Shown here: positions 17,651-28,200 of the stretch, one piece after another
Layout of the letters: each line of letters opens with the position of its first letter
Position numbering within the stretch: position 1 is the stretch's first letter
NCBI GenBank assembly: GCA_963662275.1
Contig: OY759316.1
Coordinates: 1,568,001-1,632,000, forward strand
Origin: Candidatus Cloacimonadales bacterium
GTDB lineage: Bacteria > Cloacimonadota > Cloacimonadia > Cloacimonadales > DAONDQ01
Direction of reading: 5' to 3'
DNA length: 64,000 nt
Notes under the pieces: generated by a model
Told to the model about the DNA's origin: nothing
The model's input: only the letters and a program-made list of their open reading frames with translations
The model's database searches: none
Made by a program: the position numbers and the translations under genes

Positions 17651-17882
17651 ATGGATAAAGTTAAGAATTGGCGTTGCAGAAGGGAATAGCAAATAGGGAA
17701 TAGCTTAGCGAAGAGAAGAACTAGCTCTCCCGTCTGTCTCCCTCCCTTCAGATGAAGTGAGGGCTGGGTATAGTTTGATTTTGCTCTTCTCTGCTAATTC
17801 AGAAACGTACGGGGTGAGTCGTTCCTCTCTGTTCTGCTAATCTTAAGTCTTAAATCACAAATCTTCTATTCTGCTATTTGGT

Positions 17883-19160
17883 TCATTTTAGCAAGTTCAA
17901 GTTAGGTTGCAGATTAATGGAATATCCCTTTTTATCTTTGATTAGAATACCATCCTCCACCATTCTTCCCAGCCAAATTGTCATCTGTTTTTCCTGCATC
18001 TCGAAAATATCGCTCAGTTCCTTCACATGTATTGGTTCATCGTTACTTTTCATATATTTTAGCATAACTTCCCTGAAATAGTGATACATTTCAATTGCCG
18101 GAATATGAACTTCATTCCTATTTTCTGAAAGAGGATTATCAACATTTTGAACAACACTCGCTGATATTTTATCCTGCTCATAATCTGTATGCTGTGCAAC
18201 TTGCATTTGTTTATTCAGATTCAATTTTTGAAACCAGTCTCTCATAGCTGGAGGTGATAAAGGATTGACCCATTCACTAGCTCCTTCTTTTATGAGAGCA
18301 AGGTTTCCCTCATCCTGGTTTCCCTGTAAATTGACAAATAGCGGAACATAATGAAACTTCTGCAATTGCTCAATAGCCCCTTCCCATGTTCCCCCTGAAC
18401 CTTTATCAGAACGCATAATCAAACCGGCATCTGCAAGTGCATAGATCATCTTATTCCTGTTCATAGCATTACCGACTGAAAAACCTGCAACAGGATCCAC
18501 ACAAGAGACTAATGTAAGTTTTCGATTCTTAATATAATCTCTAAACTCAGAATTCACAGCCCCCCTATCCAAACTGTCTGCCAAGAATCCAATGGCTTTA
18601 CCTCCAGTCTTTAAAGCTTCTGTCATGGCTGTAATATCTACGCCTTTCGCTCCACCGGATATCACAGTAATTGAAGCATTGGCTACGATACGGCTGATTC
18701 TTTTCGTATGATTGGTTGTCTGTATATCTGAATTACGTGAACCTACAATGGCTATTCCCCCCTGGTTCAATAATGCTGCATCTCCACAACCGTACAATAC
18801 TGGTGGAGCTAACTGCTTTAAACGTGTTTTCAATATTCCAGGGTAGGAAACATCATATTTACTGACTACCCATATCGCTCTTGCAGACCATCTCTCAATT
18901 AACTGACTAAGAAGGAAGCCCCTTGATAATAACTTTTTTAGGCGATCTTCATCAATCACATTCCACAATTTCCCAAAGATATCATCAGGAGTATTTATAC
19001 ATAGGTTCTCCGGCTTGAGGTCTAGATCAATCAAACATTCTTCTAATGCATTATATTCCTTCTGTGTGAGTAATTTAATACCCTCATCTTTTTGCCCTGC
19101 AAGTAGAGGAGCTGTTAGCATGAGTACTACTTTCGTGTTTTCTGAAATATAATTAATCAT
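17883..19160 (-). CDS. DprA/Smf-domain protein with C-terminal HTH (RqlI-like)
   Basis: YP..L..PPVLYGCG, IAIVGSRN, SGGAKGVD, AMNRNKMIYALAD, GGTWEGA; start overlaps the recQ-like stop. Confidence 0.85.
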   Translation of the reverse strand: MINYISENTKVVLMLTAPLLAGQKDEGIKLLTQKEYNALEECLIDLDLKPENLCINTPDDIFGKLWNVIDEDRLKKLLSRGFLLSQLIERWSARAIWVVSKYDVSYPGILKTRLKQLAPPVLYGCGDAALLNQGGIAIVGSRNSDIQTTNHTKRISRIVANASITVISGGAKGVDITAMTEALKTGGKAIGFLADSLDRGAVNSEFRDYIKNRKLTLVSCVDPVAGFSVGNAMNRNKMIYALADAGLIMRSDKGSGGTWEGAIEQLQKFHYVPLFVNLQGNQDEGNLALIKEGASEWVNPLSPPAMRDWFQKLNLNKQMQVAQHTDYEQDKISASVVQNVDNPLSENRNEVHIPAIEMYHYFREVMLKYMKSNDEPIHVKELSDIFEMQEKQMTIWLGRMVEDGILIKDKKGYSINLQPNLNLLK

Positions 19161-21231
19161 TATCCTTTCCTGCCTTTGCTAATACCATTGGAAAGACCTC
19201 TCCTGCACCATGACTTCTAAGTAACCATGAGGCTATTGTGATAGTCCATCTCGAATCAACCATATCGTCAATTAATAATACTGGTTCATCTTTATGTGGC
19301 ATATTACCCACAGATAAAGAACCGTCAAGATTCAATGCTTGTTGAATCCAATTTTTCATTGTTTTCTGTTGTGGTCTATCATCTGCTTTTGTTAATATTA
19401 TATGAAATGGCAATCTCAGTTCTTCAGCAACCCGTCTTGCAAAATCGGGTACTAACCCAGGATGTCTCAGGGAAGGAATGCAGGTCACCCATGCAGGGGC
19501 AGGTTGTGGATTCCACCTTCTTATCATCTCTGCAGCAGCTAATGCCAATTCGTCATCATAATGATTATCTGTATATTTTCCTTTTTTAACCATAATTCCC
19601 CATCCGGCATCGCCCCAATAACACAATGTCCTTCCCTCGTTTGCCCGTAAATCCAAAGGAATATTACCATGTAAACCATATATAGGCATACCTTCACTGG
19701 GCCATTGTTTTCTTGGTTCAAATGTTATGTCAGTTCTTTTTAGAAAAGAAACCGCATCCCGCACTAAATTAGGATTGGTTTGCATGGGAAGCAAAGGGAG
19801 TAAATGTTCAGTATCAGGCACAGGTTTACCATCCAGGGCAGTGATAAGGAAGTTCATATGTCCGCGTGTCAATGCAGCATATTCCTGCATTTGTTGTTGT
19901 TCCTGTCTGCGGAGTGCTGTAAGTCTTTCTGCTCGTGACCAGAATTCATCGCTTAGATCAGTTGGAGTCAATACCCAGCGAGTACCTTCCTTGACAATTG
20001 GAGATGGAGATTCAAGGGATAGAAGGGATATTGCTTTATCTATTCTGTTGTATGGAATGTTAATCCTTCTAGCAAGAGAAGGTAAAGAAAGACCATTTGT
20101 ACTCTTTCTTAAAGCACATATTATTTGATCTACCTCGGTTCTTTCAGGGAAAGCAGTATTGATAAAATAATCCGTGATTTCAAGTTCTTCATCTCCACTG
20201 AGCAGAATCCCATAAGCAGCGGTTATGGCACGTCCGGCTCTTCCAACTTGCTGGTAATAGGCAATCACTGACCCTGGTGTTTGATAATGGATCACAAAGG
20301 CAAGGTCTGGTTTATCAAAGCCCATACCCAATGCTGTGGTTGCAACCAGCACTTTGACTTGATTATTCAGTAATTGTTGCTCCAGGTCAATGCGCACATC
20401 CCCTGACTGTCCTGTATATGCTTCAGCGGTAATGCCCTTTGATTTTAACCAATCAGAGATGATAGCTGTATCACGAATAGTAAGAGTATAGATGATACCA
20501 CTACCCTGCATTTGAGGGATAAATTCAGCAAGCCATGCCAGTCTTTCAGCCTGGTTAGGGAGTCTCATTGTTTGTAAGATTAGATTGTGTCTATTCAAGT
20601 CACCGCGAGAAACATGTATATCCGGACCTAATATGCTTTGAAGGTCATCAATCACACGCTGGTTTGCTGTTGCCGTCGTTGCCATCAATCTGTGACCACG
20701 GGGAAGATTCCTCGTAATTCTTTCAATCAGGCGATAATGAGGTCTGAAGTCATGTCCCCAATCTGATATGCAGTGTGCTTCATCAATAACCAGCATGGCT
20801 ACATTAGGAGCAATTATATTCAGTATGTAATTCCGAAAATGCTCATTGGCAAGTCTTTCAGGAGAAATCAAAATAATGTCAGCTTCATTTCCCAGGATAA
20901 CTCTTTCTACGCTTTCCCAATCATCTGTATTGGATGAATTTACTGTCACCGCTATAACTCCCATTCTCCTGGCAGCTTCTATCTGGTTACGCATAAGAGC
21001 AAGCAATGGAGAAATGAGTAAAGTGACTCCCTGGCTGGCTTCACGTAATAACCTGGTGGCGATGAAATAGACAAAACTCTTGCCCCAACCAGTTTTCTGA
21101 ATCACTAATAGACGACCTTGCCCTTCGACTATAAATCGAATACAGTCTTCCTGACCTTCCCTAAACTGCGCTTCCTGGTTGTTCGTTCCGAGACGCAATA
21201 GCTCTAATGCCCGTTCGTTGTTATATAACAT
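19153..21231 (-). CDS. RecQ-family helicase with C-terminal phosphoribosyltransferase domain (RqlH-like)
   Basis: TGWGKS, DEAHCISDWGHDFRPHY, ALGMGFDKPD, YYQQVGRAGR; PRTase motif VLLIDDMVDSRWT. Confidence 0.9.
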   Translation of the reverse strand: MLYNNERALELLRLGTNNQEAQFREGQEDCIRFIVEGQGRLLVIQKTGWGKSFVYFIATRLLREASQGVTLLISPLLALMRNQIEAARRMGVIAVTVNSSNTDDWESVERVILGNEADIILISPERLANEHFRNYILNIIAPNVAMLVIDEAHCISDWGHDFRPHYRLIERITRNLPRGHRLMATTATANQRVIDDLQSILGPDIHVSRGDLNRHNLILQTMRLPNQAERLAWLAEFIPQMQGSGIIYTLTIRDTAIISDWLKSKGITAEAYTGQSGDVRIDLEQQLLNNQVKVLVATTALGMGFDKPDLAFVIHYQTPGSVIAYYQQVGRAGRAITAAYGILLSGDEELEITDYFINTAFPERTEVDQIICALRKSTNGLSLPSLARRINIPYNRIDKAISLLSLESPSPIVKEGTRWVLTPTDLSDEFWSRAERLTALRRQEQQQMQEYAALTRGHMNFLITALDGKPVPDTEHLLPLLPMQTNPNLVRDAVSFLKRTDITFEPRKQWPSEGMPIYGLHGNIPLDLRANEGRTLCYWGDAGWGIMVKKGKYTDNHYDDELALAAAEMIRRWNPQPAPAWVTCIPSLRHPGLVPDFARRVAEELRLPFHIILTKADDRPQQKTMKNWIQQALNLDGSLSVGNMPHKDEPVLLIDDMVDSRWTITIASWLLRSHGAGEVFPMVLAKAGKDND

Positions 21232-21269
21232 AGACCCTCCCGTAATTTATATCAAGACTTCATTGAATC

Positions 21270-21383
21270 TTATACAATCACTACGTGTTTGTATTCAGCA
21301 GCATCCATCATCCCGCGCATCTTATCAGCAGCGTTCCAGAGCTTGTCTTCAAAGCCAAGATTGGCACCGGTTGGTTTTGGCAT
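21270..21383 (-). pseudogene. hsdM: Truncated type I R-M methyltransferase (HsdM) N-terminal remnant, 37 aa
   Basis: Translates as [37 protein letters not shown], the HsdM N-terminal signature; AAGGA RBS. Confidence 0.85.
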
Positions 21384-21761
21384 GATAAGTCCTTTTATTT
21401 TCAATGAATGATTAGATTATTTTAATTTTATTTCTTAAGATGCATTATTCTTTGGCAAGGTATTTTTTTAATTATTATCAGCTTCATCTATTGTGTCATC
21501 TTACAGGTCTAAAGTGTATAGCCGGAACGCTTAATTTATTATGCTACGATATTGCCATTTGAAAATGCATAGCCGTTTGAAAACAGCGTTCCGACTGGCT
21601 GTACAATAAGATTGTATCTTGTTTTCCCCGACGGTTTATAACCTCGGGTTTATTCCAGAGATATAGGGTTTCAAACCCGACAACATAACAATTTACAAAA
21701 TTATGTTACGGTGTGGGTGGCAACAACTTCAGTCGTTGGATGAACTGCTTTAGCAGTTCGC

Positions 21762-21872
21762 TGGTTTCAACCTGTGGTACAAAGGCTGCCGGGACGTCAG
21801 CCCCTACCAGATGGTTTCAACCTGTGATACAAAGGCTGCCGGGACGTCAGCCCCTACCAGATGGTTTCAACC
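21762..21872. repeat. 50-bp tandem repeat (2.2 copies) with GTAG-type REP
   Basis: TGGTTTCAACCTGTGRTACAAAGGCTGCCGGGACGTCAGCCCCTACCAGA x2; minus strand GTAGGGGCTG..CAGCC hairpin. Confidence 0.85.
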
Positions 21873-22196
21873 CATTGAAATGGGTTTGGTTTGATGAATT
21901 AAACCATCGAACGATTAAAGTAGTGTGGAATATCTGTTCAAAATGCCGATACCTGAGTGAAAAATTGGCAAAAGGTTTGTGGTTTCAAAAAGTAGTTAAT
22001 TGTGTGTATTCGGTGCATACCAAAGCCAGATGATGGTCGGGGATTTCATGTATGATTGAGTATTTCCAGCGTTAATGCTTGACATTAATTTCTGTTTGGT
22101 AATAATAATGAGGTTATTTTAGAACTTATCGATGTTTAAGAAGAATCGTGTTTTTCGTATAGTTTGCCAAAAATCGTATCATGAAGGAGGAGTATC

Positions 22197-22982
22197 ATGA
22201 AATCAACGATTATTATTACTATTGTTCTGATTATGACACTATTTACAGGTTGCAAGGATATGGGCAAAAAAGCAGCAGTTGTCTTGAAAAATAATGGAAT
22301 TAATGTCGAGAGCGGGGATAGTGTCTCTATTCTAGGCAACGGAACGATTATCACTACTACTAAAAGGATATCCACTGCCAGTGTTAATGGTATCGAGCTT
22401 AAGTACACCGGTAAAGTGACCATGCAAGTAACTGATACTGCCAATGGGATTAACATCGATGAAAGCTCTGCCGATATTTCTTTTTCCGGTAGTGAAATCA
22501 AGCAGACGGAGCTACAGATATCCTACAATGAATTTAAACCTCAAGACGCGACAATTTATTTGGAAAACTCCACTTTCAAAGCCAGGAGCAAATCCGGCAA
22601 ACCGGTGCTGATATTCCGCATTGAGGGAGTCATTCCCCGCAATTTGAAACTGAATATTAAAACAGATAGCGGAGATATCAATCTGACTGCGATGCAAGAT
22701 AACCCCTTAGTATCTCTTTCTTCCGACAGTGGCGACATCACCATTAAGCAGGCAAAAAAATGGCAGCAAGCTTCAGCAGAAACTGATAGTGGGGATATTT
22801 ACTTCGAAATAAACCAGGTACAGAATATGCAGGTTAAGACAGATTCTGGTGATCTTGATATAAGCAATAGTAATATTTCGAATCTAAATGCAACTACGGA
22901 TAGTGGAGATATTCATCTCAAAAATACCAAAATAGCTAAACGCCATTTCTCTCAAGGCTCGGGTGACTTGTACGAGGAATAG
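22197..22982 (+). CDS. DUF4097 (putative adhesin) beta-strand-repeat lipoprotein
   Basis: Lipobox FTGC; repeated TDSGDI motifs. Confidence 0.85.
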   Translation: MKSTIIITIVLIMTLFTGCKDMGKKAAVVLKNNGINVESGDSVSILGNGTIITTTKRISTASVNGIELKYTGKVTMQVTDTANGINIDESSADISFSGSEIKQTELQISYNEFKPQDATIYLENSTFKARSKSGKPVLIFRIEGVIPRNLKLNIKTDSGDINLTAMQDNPLVSLSSDSGDITIKQAKKWQQASAETDSGDIYFEINQVQNMQVKTDSGDLDISNSNISNLNATTDSGDIHLKNTKIAKRHFSQGSGDLYEE

Positions 22983-23067
22983 CAATTGAACCTAAACCTG
23001 TTTTTCTATTGAATCGCCAGAAATGGATCAAGTGAAAGTCTGAAGATGATAATCCTTTACTAACAAG

Positions 23068-24888
23068 CTATTTAATATATAGGATTTTACCTGTCTTCGT
23101 CTCTTTCCTTGAAAAGATACTATAGAAATATATACCATTACAACATCTGATACTCTGACTATCCTTTCCGTCCCAAGTGATGCTCGTTGAAGATGTATTC
23201 ATACTTGTGACAAATTCTCTGATCACTTGACCACGTATATTGTAGATCATTACTTTATCTATGCCTGCTATCTTGTCTTTTGTGCTAAAAGTAGCGGTCT
23301 CATGGAAAGGATTTGGATACACAGAGACAGAGATGTTTGGTGCGGTTACATCATTGTTGGAAGTGGAATTGACGATTAGTGTCTGTTCTTCGGCAAATGG
23401 GGAAGAGGCATAGGAATTGTCGATAGCTTGGACACTCCAATAGTAAGTGCCATCTGTTAAATTTGGAATTTTACGGGAAAGAACATATCTTGTATTTCCC
23501 CTTTGCGGGAGTAAGGATTTACCAGTTACTGGGTTAGCCATACCAGGGAGAACTTCATTTCCACCAGGTGTTATTCCGATGCGCAGATTGTAGGTCAAAC
23601 TCACTTGGTTCGTTTCTATATCTGTTGAAGGATTCCATGAGAAGAAAGCAATAGTATCGTTGAAATGAGCGTTCAATCCTGTAGGGATAGAAGGCGTTTC
23701 GTTCACTGTCTCAATATCATTTCTGTAAATACGAGTGATAGGTCCACCAGGGCAAGTGGGATGTTCTCCTGTCAAGGCAATATCCAGATCATGATCTGAA
23801 TCAAAGTCTCCGAATGCAGCCATACCATTGATCACAGGTACCGGAGCATCATATGTATAAATGAATAAACTATCATCATTTCTATAAACTGTAGTGATGG
23901 GTTCCTGGAGACCACCGATGAGTGAATTACCTGTGAAAAGAAGATCCATATCTCCATCTATATCAAAATCACCCCAACTGATTGATGCCGGTGAAACGGG
24001 ATAAAAATCACTGGCAAGGGAGGTAAAATTGCCAAGATTGTTGGCAAATATGGCTGTGATGCTTTCTCCAAGTATGTCTGAATAACCTGCCAGGATAAGA
24101 TCCGGATCGCCATCATGATCATAATCTGCCCAATCAAGAGCAGGAAACCTGATATCCGGCAAAGCGGTTAGAACATCTTCAAATGTACCATTGTTGTCTT
24201 TGTATATATGAGTAACAGATGAGGGAACTTGATCATTCCCACTATTACCTGATACCAGGATATCATCAAAGCCATCGCTGTTGTAATCAAAGACAGCAGC
24301 AGCACTTTCATAGACTCCAGTAAAATCAGTATCAGTCTCAACCAGAACTCCATGATCATTATGATACAAGACAGATATTGGGGAGGGGGTACTTGTCGAA
24401 GATGCATTTCCTGTCATGAACAAATCCTTATAACCATCTTTATCGACATCTATCCAGGAAAGGGAACCGTTGGAAATAGGAATCAGGTTTATGTCGCTCA
24501 ACACAAGCACACCAGCCTGGTTTTCATAGAATAAGGTGGTTGATACAGGAATATCCAAAGTACTTGTGTTTCCAGAGATCACTAAGTCCAGATCATTGTC
24601 GTTATCAAAATCGCACCAGGCTGTGGCGCTTTGATATACACAGGGTATTGCTATGCCAGAATTGTAAAATGTTCCATTGTCATTGTGAAATAAGATTGAT
24701 TGTAGGACTGTGGAGAGTTCATCATTGCGTCCAGTTACCAGTAAATCCAGGTCTCCGTCACTATCGTAATCTGCCCAGGAAACGGTTCCATTGGAAACAG
24801 ATAATAAGCTGGCACTGATATCCATGAAGATATTTGCATTTAGTAAGCATGATATTGAAATAAAAAAAGCAATGAAATACAACTTCAT
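23068..24888 (-). CDS. Secreted FG-GAP/VCBS-repeat protein with FnIII and C-terminal sorting domain
   Basis: Signal peptide; WADYDSDGDLDL repeats; YYWSVQAID; YPNPF..IYNIRGQ..WDGKD CTD. Confidence 0.88.
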   Translation of the reverse strand: MKLYFIAFFISISCLLNANIFMDISASLLSVSNGTVSWADYDSDGDLDLLVTGRNDELSTVLQSILFHNDNGTFYNSGIAIPCVYQSATAWCDFDNDNDLDLVISGNTSTLDIPVSTTLFYENQAGVLVLSDINLIPISNGSLSWIDVDKDGYKDLFMTGNASSTSTPSPISVLYHNDHGVLVETDTDFTGVYESAAAVFDYNSDGFDDILVSGNSGNDQVPSSVTHIYKDNNGTFEDVLTALPDIRFPALDWADYDHDGDPDLILAGYSDILGESITAIFANNLGNFTSLASDFYPVSPASISWGDFDIDGDMDLLFTGNSLIGGLQEPITTVYRNDDSLFIYTYDAPVPVINGMAAFGDFDSDHDLDIALTGEHPTCPGGPITRIYRNDIETVNETPSIPTGLNAHFNDTIAFFSWNPSTDIETNQVSLTYNLRIGITPGGNEVLPGMANPVTGKSLLPQRGNTRYVLSRKIPNLTDGTYYWSVQAIDNSYASSPFAEEQTLIVNSTSNNDVTAPNISVSVYPNPFHETATFSTKDKIAGIDKVMIYNIRGQVIREFVTSMNTSSTSITWDGKDSQSIRCCNGIYFYSIFSRKETKTGKILYIK

Positions 24889-24904
24889 GAAAACTCCTTT
24901 TAAA

Positions 24905-25188
24905 CGTGGAGTAGGATTCCGATCCTACTGAATTTGTGTTTATCTTTAATCTCGTGTTCAGTAGGATCGGAATCCTACTGAATTTGATGTTTATCTTTAA
25001 TCTCGTGTTCAGTAGGATCGGAATCCTACTGAATTTAATGTTTGTCTTTAATCTCGTGTTCAGTAGGATCGGAGTCCAACTGAATTTAATGTTTATCTTT
25101 AATCTCGTGTTCAGTAGGATCGGAGTCCAACTGAATTTAATGTTTATCTTTAATCTCGTGTTCAGTAGGATCGGAATCCTACTCCACG
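24905..25188. repeat. REPIN/BIME-like element: 51-bp tandem units inside 28-bp perfect terminal inverted repeats
   Basis: GTAGGATCGGAATCCTAC palindromes at 24911 (inverted), 24961, 25012, 25063, 25114 and 25165; near-identical linkers. Confidence 0.9.
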
Positions 25189-25220
25189 ATTCTGAATCAG
25201 CATCATGCTCTACAAGATAG

Positions 25221-25250
25221 CAAACCGACTCACTAGTGTGAGTCGGTTTG
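25221..25250. terminator. Terminator hairpin after the C25 gene
   Basis: CAAACCGACTCAC-tagt-GTGAGTCGGTTTG. Confidence 0.75.
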
Positions 25251-25272
25251 TTTTATAAGAGAATATAGATAA

Positions 25273-28200
25273 CTATTTCAGCAGTACCATTTTTTTAGTT
25301 TGCGTTTGTTTATCTGCATCCATACGATATAAATAGATTCCGCTTGGTACTTGGTTGCCATTATCGTCTGTTCCATTCCAGGTGACTTTATTTTGTCCTG
25401 TCGGATATACGGAATTAACAAGCGTTCTGACTTTCTGACCGCGCAGATTATAGATTTGCAGACTTACCTGTGTACGGTTCTTTAACGAGAATGCAATTTG
25501 AGTTTCGGGATTGAAAGGATTCGGGAAGTTCTGGCTCAGGAATATTCCTGGAGCAACTACATTCGGATCGTTATTCGCAACAAATTCATCAGGTGGATTT
25601 GTTGTAAACTTAATTGCTAAACCGGACTGTAAAATACTTGCAGTTGCAGGATATATACTGGCAAATGAATACTGAATACCATCATTCTGTAATGGGTTTT
25701 CAATACCAACGGTTGCATAATTATTTGCAGCATCAGGGTTATCTATGGTATGATACTGGAAGATAATATCTCCATTATCATTGACACGGGGAACCAGGAT
25801 AACTTGGAATTTCTCATTAGAAGCATTGACACCCAATTCAATATTATAATTATTATAAGCATCACACCATTCAATAATGAAATTGCTGCCATCATATTTA
25901 TAGATTGTCCGCATGTTGGCATAGGTTGAGTCAGTAGCATTGAACAATCCTTTCAAATCATCCCAGTATGGAGCTACCATCGAATATGGACCCAAGGCAG
26001 CCGGGATATTGATATTAGCAAAATTATTCATCCATGAAGATGTGACAAAGGAAATCCAACCGTTTGAACAGATGGTTACACTGTTATAATCCTGACCATA
26101 ATAACGGAAAGTGAAAGGCAGGTTAATTGTGTGTGATATATCATCAGTCATACTAATGGTTGTACCATCTCCATCCAGGGCAGGATCAATTTCTATCCAG
26201 CTATAGGTTGGATGTTGTTCATAATCTGAATCAAAGCTGTCATATGCAAAATAACCATAGGAATCAGGTCCGGTCGGGGCAGTTGTGGTGACAGGTCCAG
26301 CAACCAGGCTGGTATAGCATTTCGTTACATAGCCCTGATCATTTGTTAAAGTGATTGTCAGTGGTATGTTCCTGCCATGGAAACAGTCAGCACTAACTGG
26401 GATGTTCAAATCCAGGGAAGCATTCAAACCGGGTGAAACAGTGATATTGCTAAAATTCTGATCATAGACTGCTGCCGTTGTCATGGAGTGAACGTTGACT
26501 GTACCGGATGTCAAAGCGTTTGTCCCAATATTCTTGATGATCAGATTAACGGCACTAGTCTGTCCAATAATCAGGTTTCCGGTAGTTTGGGAAACTTCAA
26601 ACAAAGGACCACCGGTAAAGAAAGCCATCTTTGCAAGATCATTCGTAAATGGATTATTCAGAGAAAATTCAGCAATGAGATTAGCCGGACAATTTGCAGC
26701 AATATTCAAAGGATAGGTACGTAATACAGTTTGTCCGGCAGTCATCGTACCGAAGTTCTGAGTATCTGTACCAATGCTTACAAAAGAACTGAGACTGGTT
26801 AGAGTACAGTTCACGTTATCTAATGTGTTAGTTGTATAATTTTTGAGTATGATTGATAAATTTACTGAAGTACCTGCATTCAGAACAGGACTGTCAATCG
26901 TGGCAGAAATAACACCAACACCAGCATTTACAATGGTAGTAATGGTTTTTTCGTAAGCATGATAATTTTCACGGGTAATCGTGACTTTCAGATTCCCTGT
27001 TTCTTCAGGATTTACCGGAAGAATAGCATGTCCATTACGAACCACTGCATTGCTGTAGGTTGTATTATTGCGTGTTCCTGTTACTGTTGCTCCATCTAAT
27101 CCCGGAAGAACGATATCTAATGAAGATACTGACTGATTGATCACATCAGGGAGAGACACGTTCATGGTACTTGGTTCCAATACCCACATATTCAGGGAAG
27201 GATCGGATAGAATATTGTAAACATGATAATAGAAGGATACATTCTGGTTGGCAGCATGATCGAGAGGGTACGCATTATATAATTCCACTTTTCCAGCGAG
27301 AACAGCAGCACCGAATGATCGCACACCATGGTCAAAAATACTGGAGAACATACCCGATGAAATCGAATTATTCAGATTTGTTTTGGTATGTAAATCAGAT
27401 GGTCCCACGAAAGCTACACATCCTCCCGGAGTTGCGGCAGTTCCCATAGCCATCCAAACTTCACCAAAGCACTGGTTGTATTGTTCATTGGCAAAGTCAC
27501 CGGTATTACAGACAATTGACATAACAATTGGCATTTTGTTGCCATTATACGTGCTTGGAAGATCGTCAAAATGAAAACGGGGATAGTGCCATCCGGTCAC
27601 ATCCCCCCAGCCACGGTAACTGATGAACTGTGCACCAGCGGTAATAAATGTCTGTATGGATGATGTACCGGGATATATCGGTGATTCAGTAGTATAAAAG
27701 ACAGTATCTACTTGAGTGTATCCATAAGCAAGCATCTTCTCCCGTAACCATTTGGATGTTTGAACTGGAGTGATAGGGTGAAGTCCACCTTCCGCAAAGT
27801 TCCCGGCAACTGTAAGGGCATGATGCATCCAAGCAGGATTGGTTATGGACGGTGTTTTCTCATGGTAGATAGTTTTATTAATAACCGTGAATAAAGAACT
27901 TAGATCAGCCACAGAAAAACGACCGACCTGCATTTCAGGGAAATAATCGTTCCCTTCCAACATGGTGTAATAATTATCATCTGCATCGGTTTCAGTTCCA
28001 TCCGGAGATGTGTACATATTTGTGGGAATTGCATAAGAGCCATTGACATCTCCGATAAGAAGAAGATAATCAGGATGGTTCTGCTGATAATAAGTAGTAA
28101 GATACGTTTTAATTGCTGCAACGGTCGTACCAATATCTGTTTTATACACAACAGAGACATCGAAGCCTTTAGCACGTTTCCAATTCAGGAATGGGGCTAA

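Noticed and set aside
17883..19160. Competence gene dprA
   Set aside because: RqlI-like N-terminus and coupling to a RecQ-PRTase in a defence island argue against the housekeeping ortholog, so no symbol was given
24905..25188. CRISPR array
   Set aside because: The would-be spacers are near-identical, the element has terminal inverted repeats, and no cas genes are present. The 94-aa ORF 24936..25220 is just the translated repeat.
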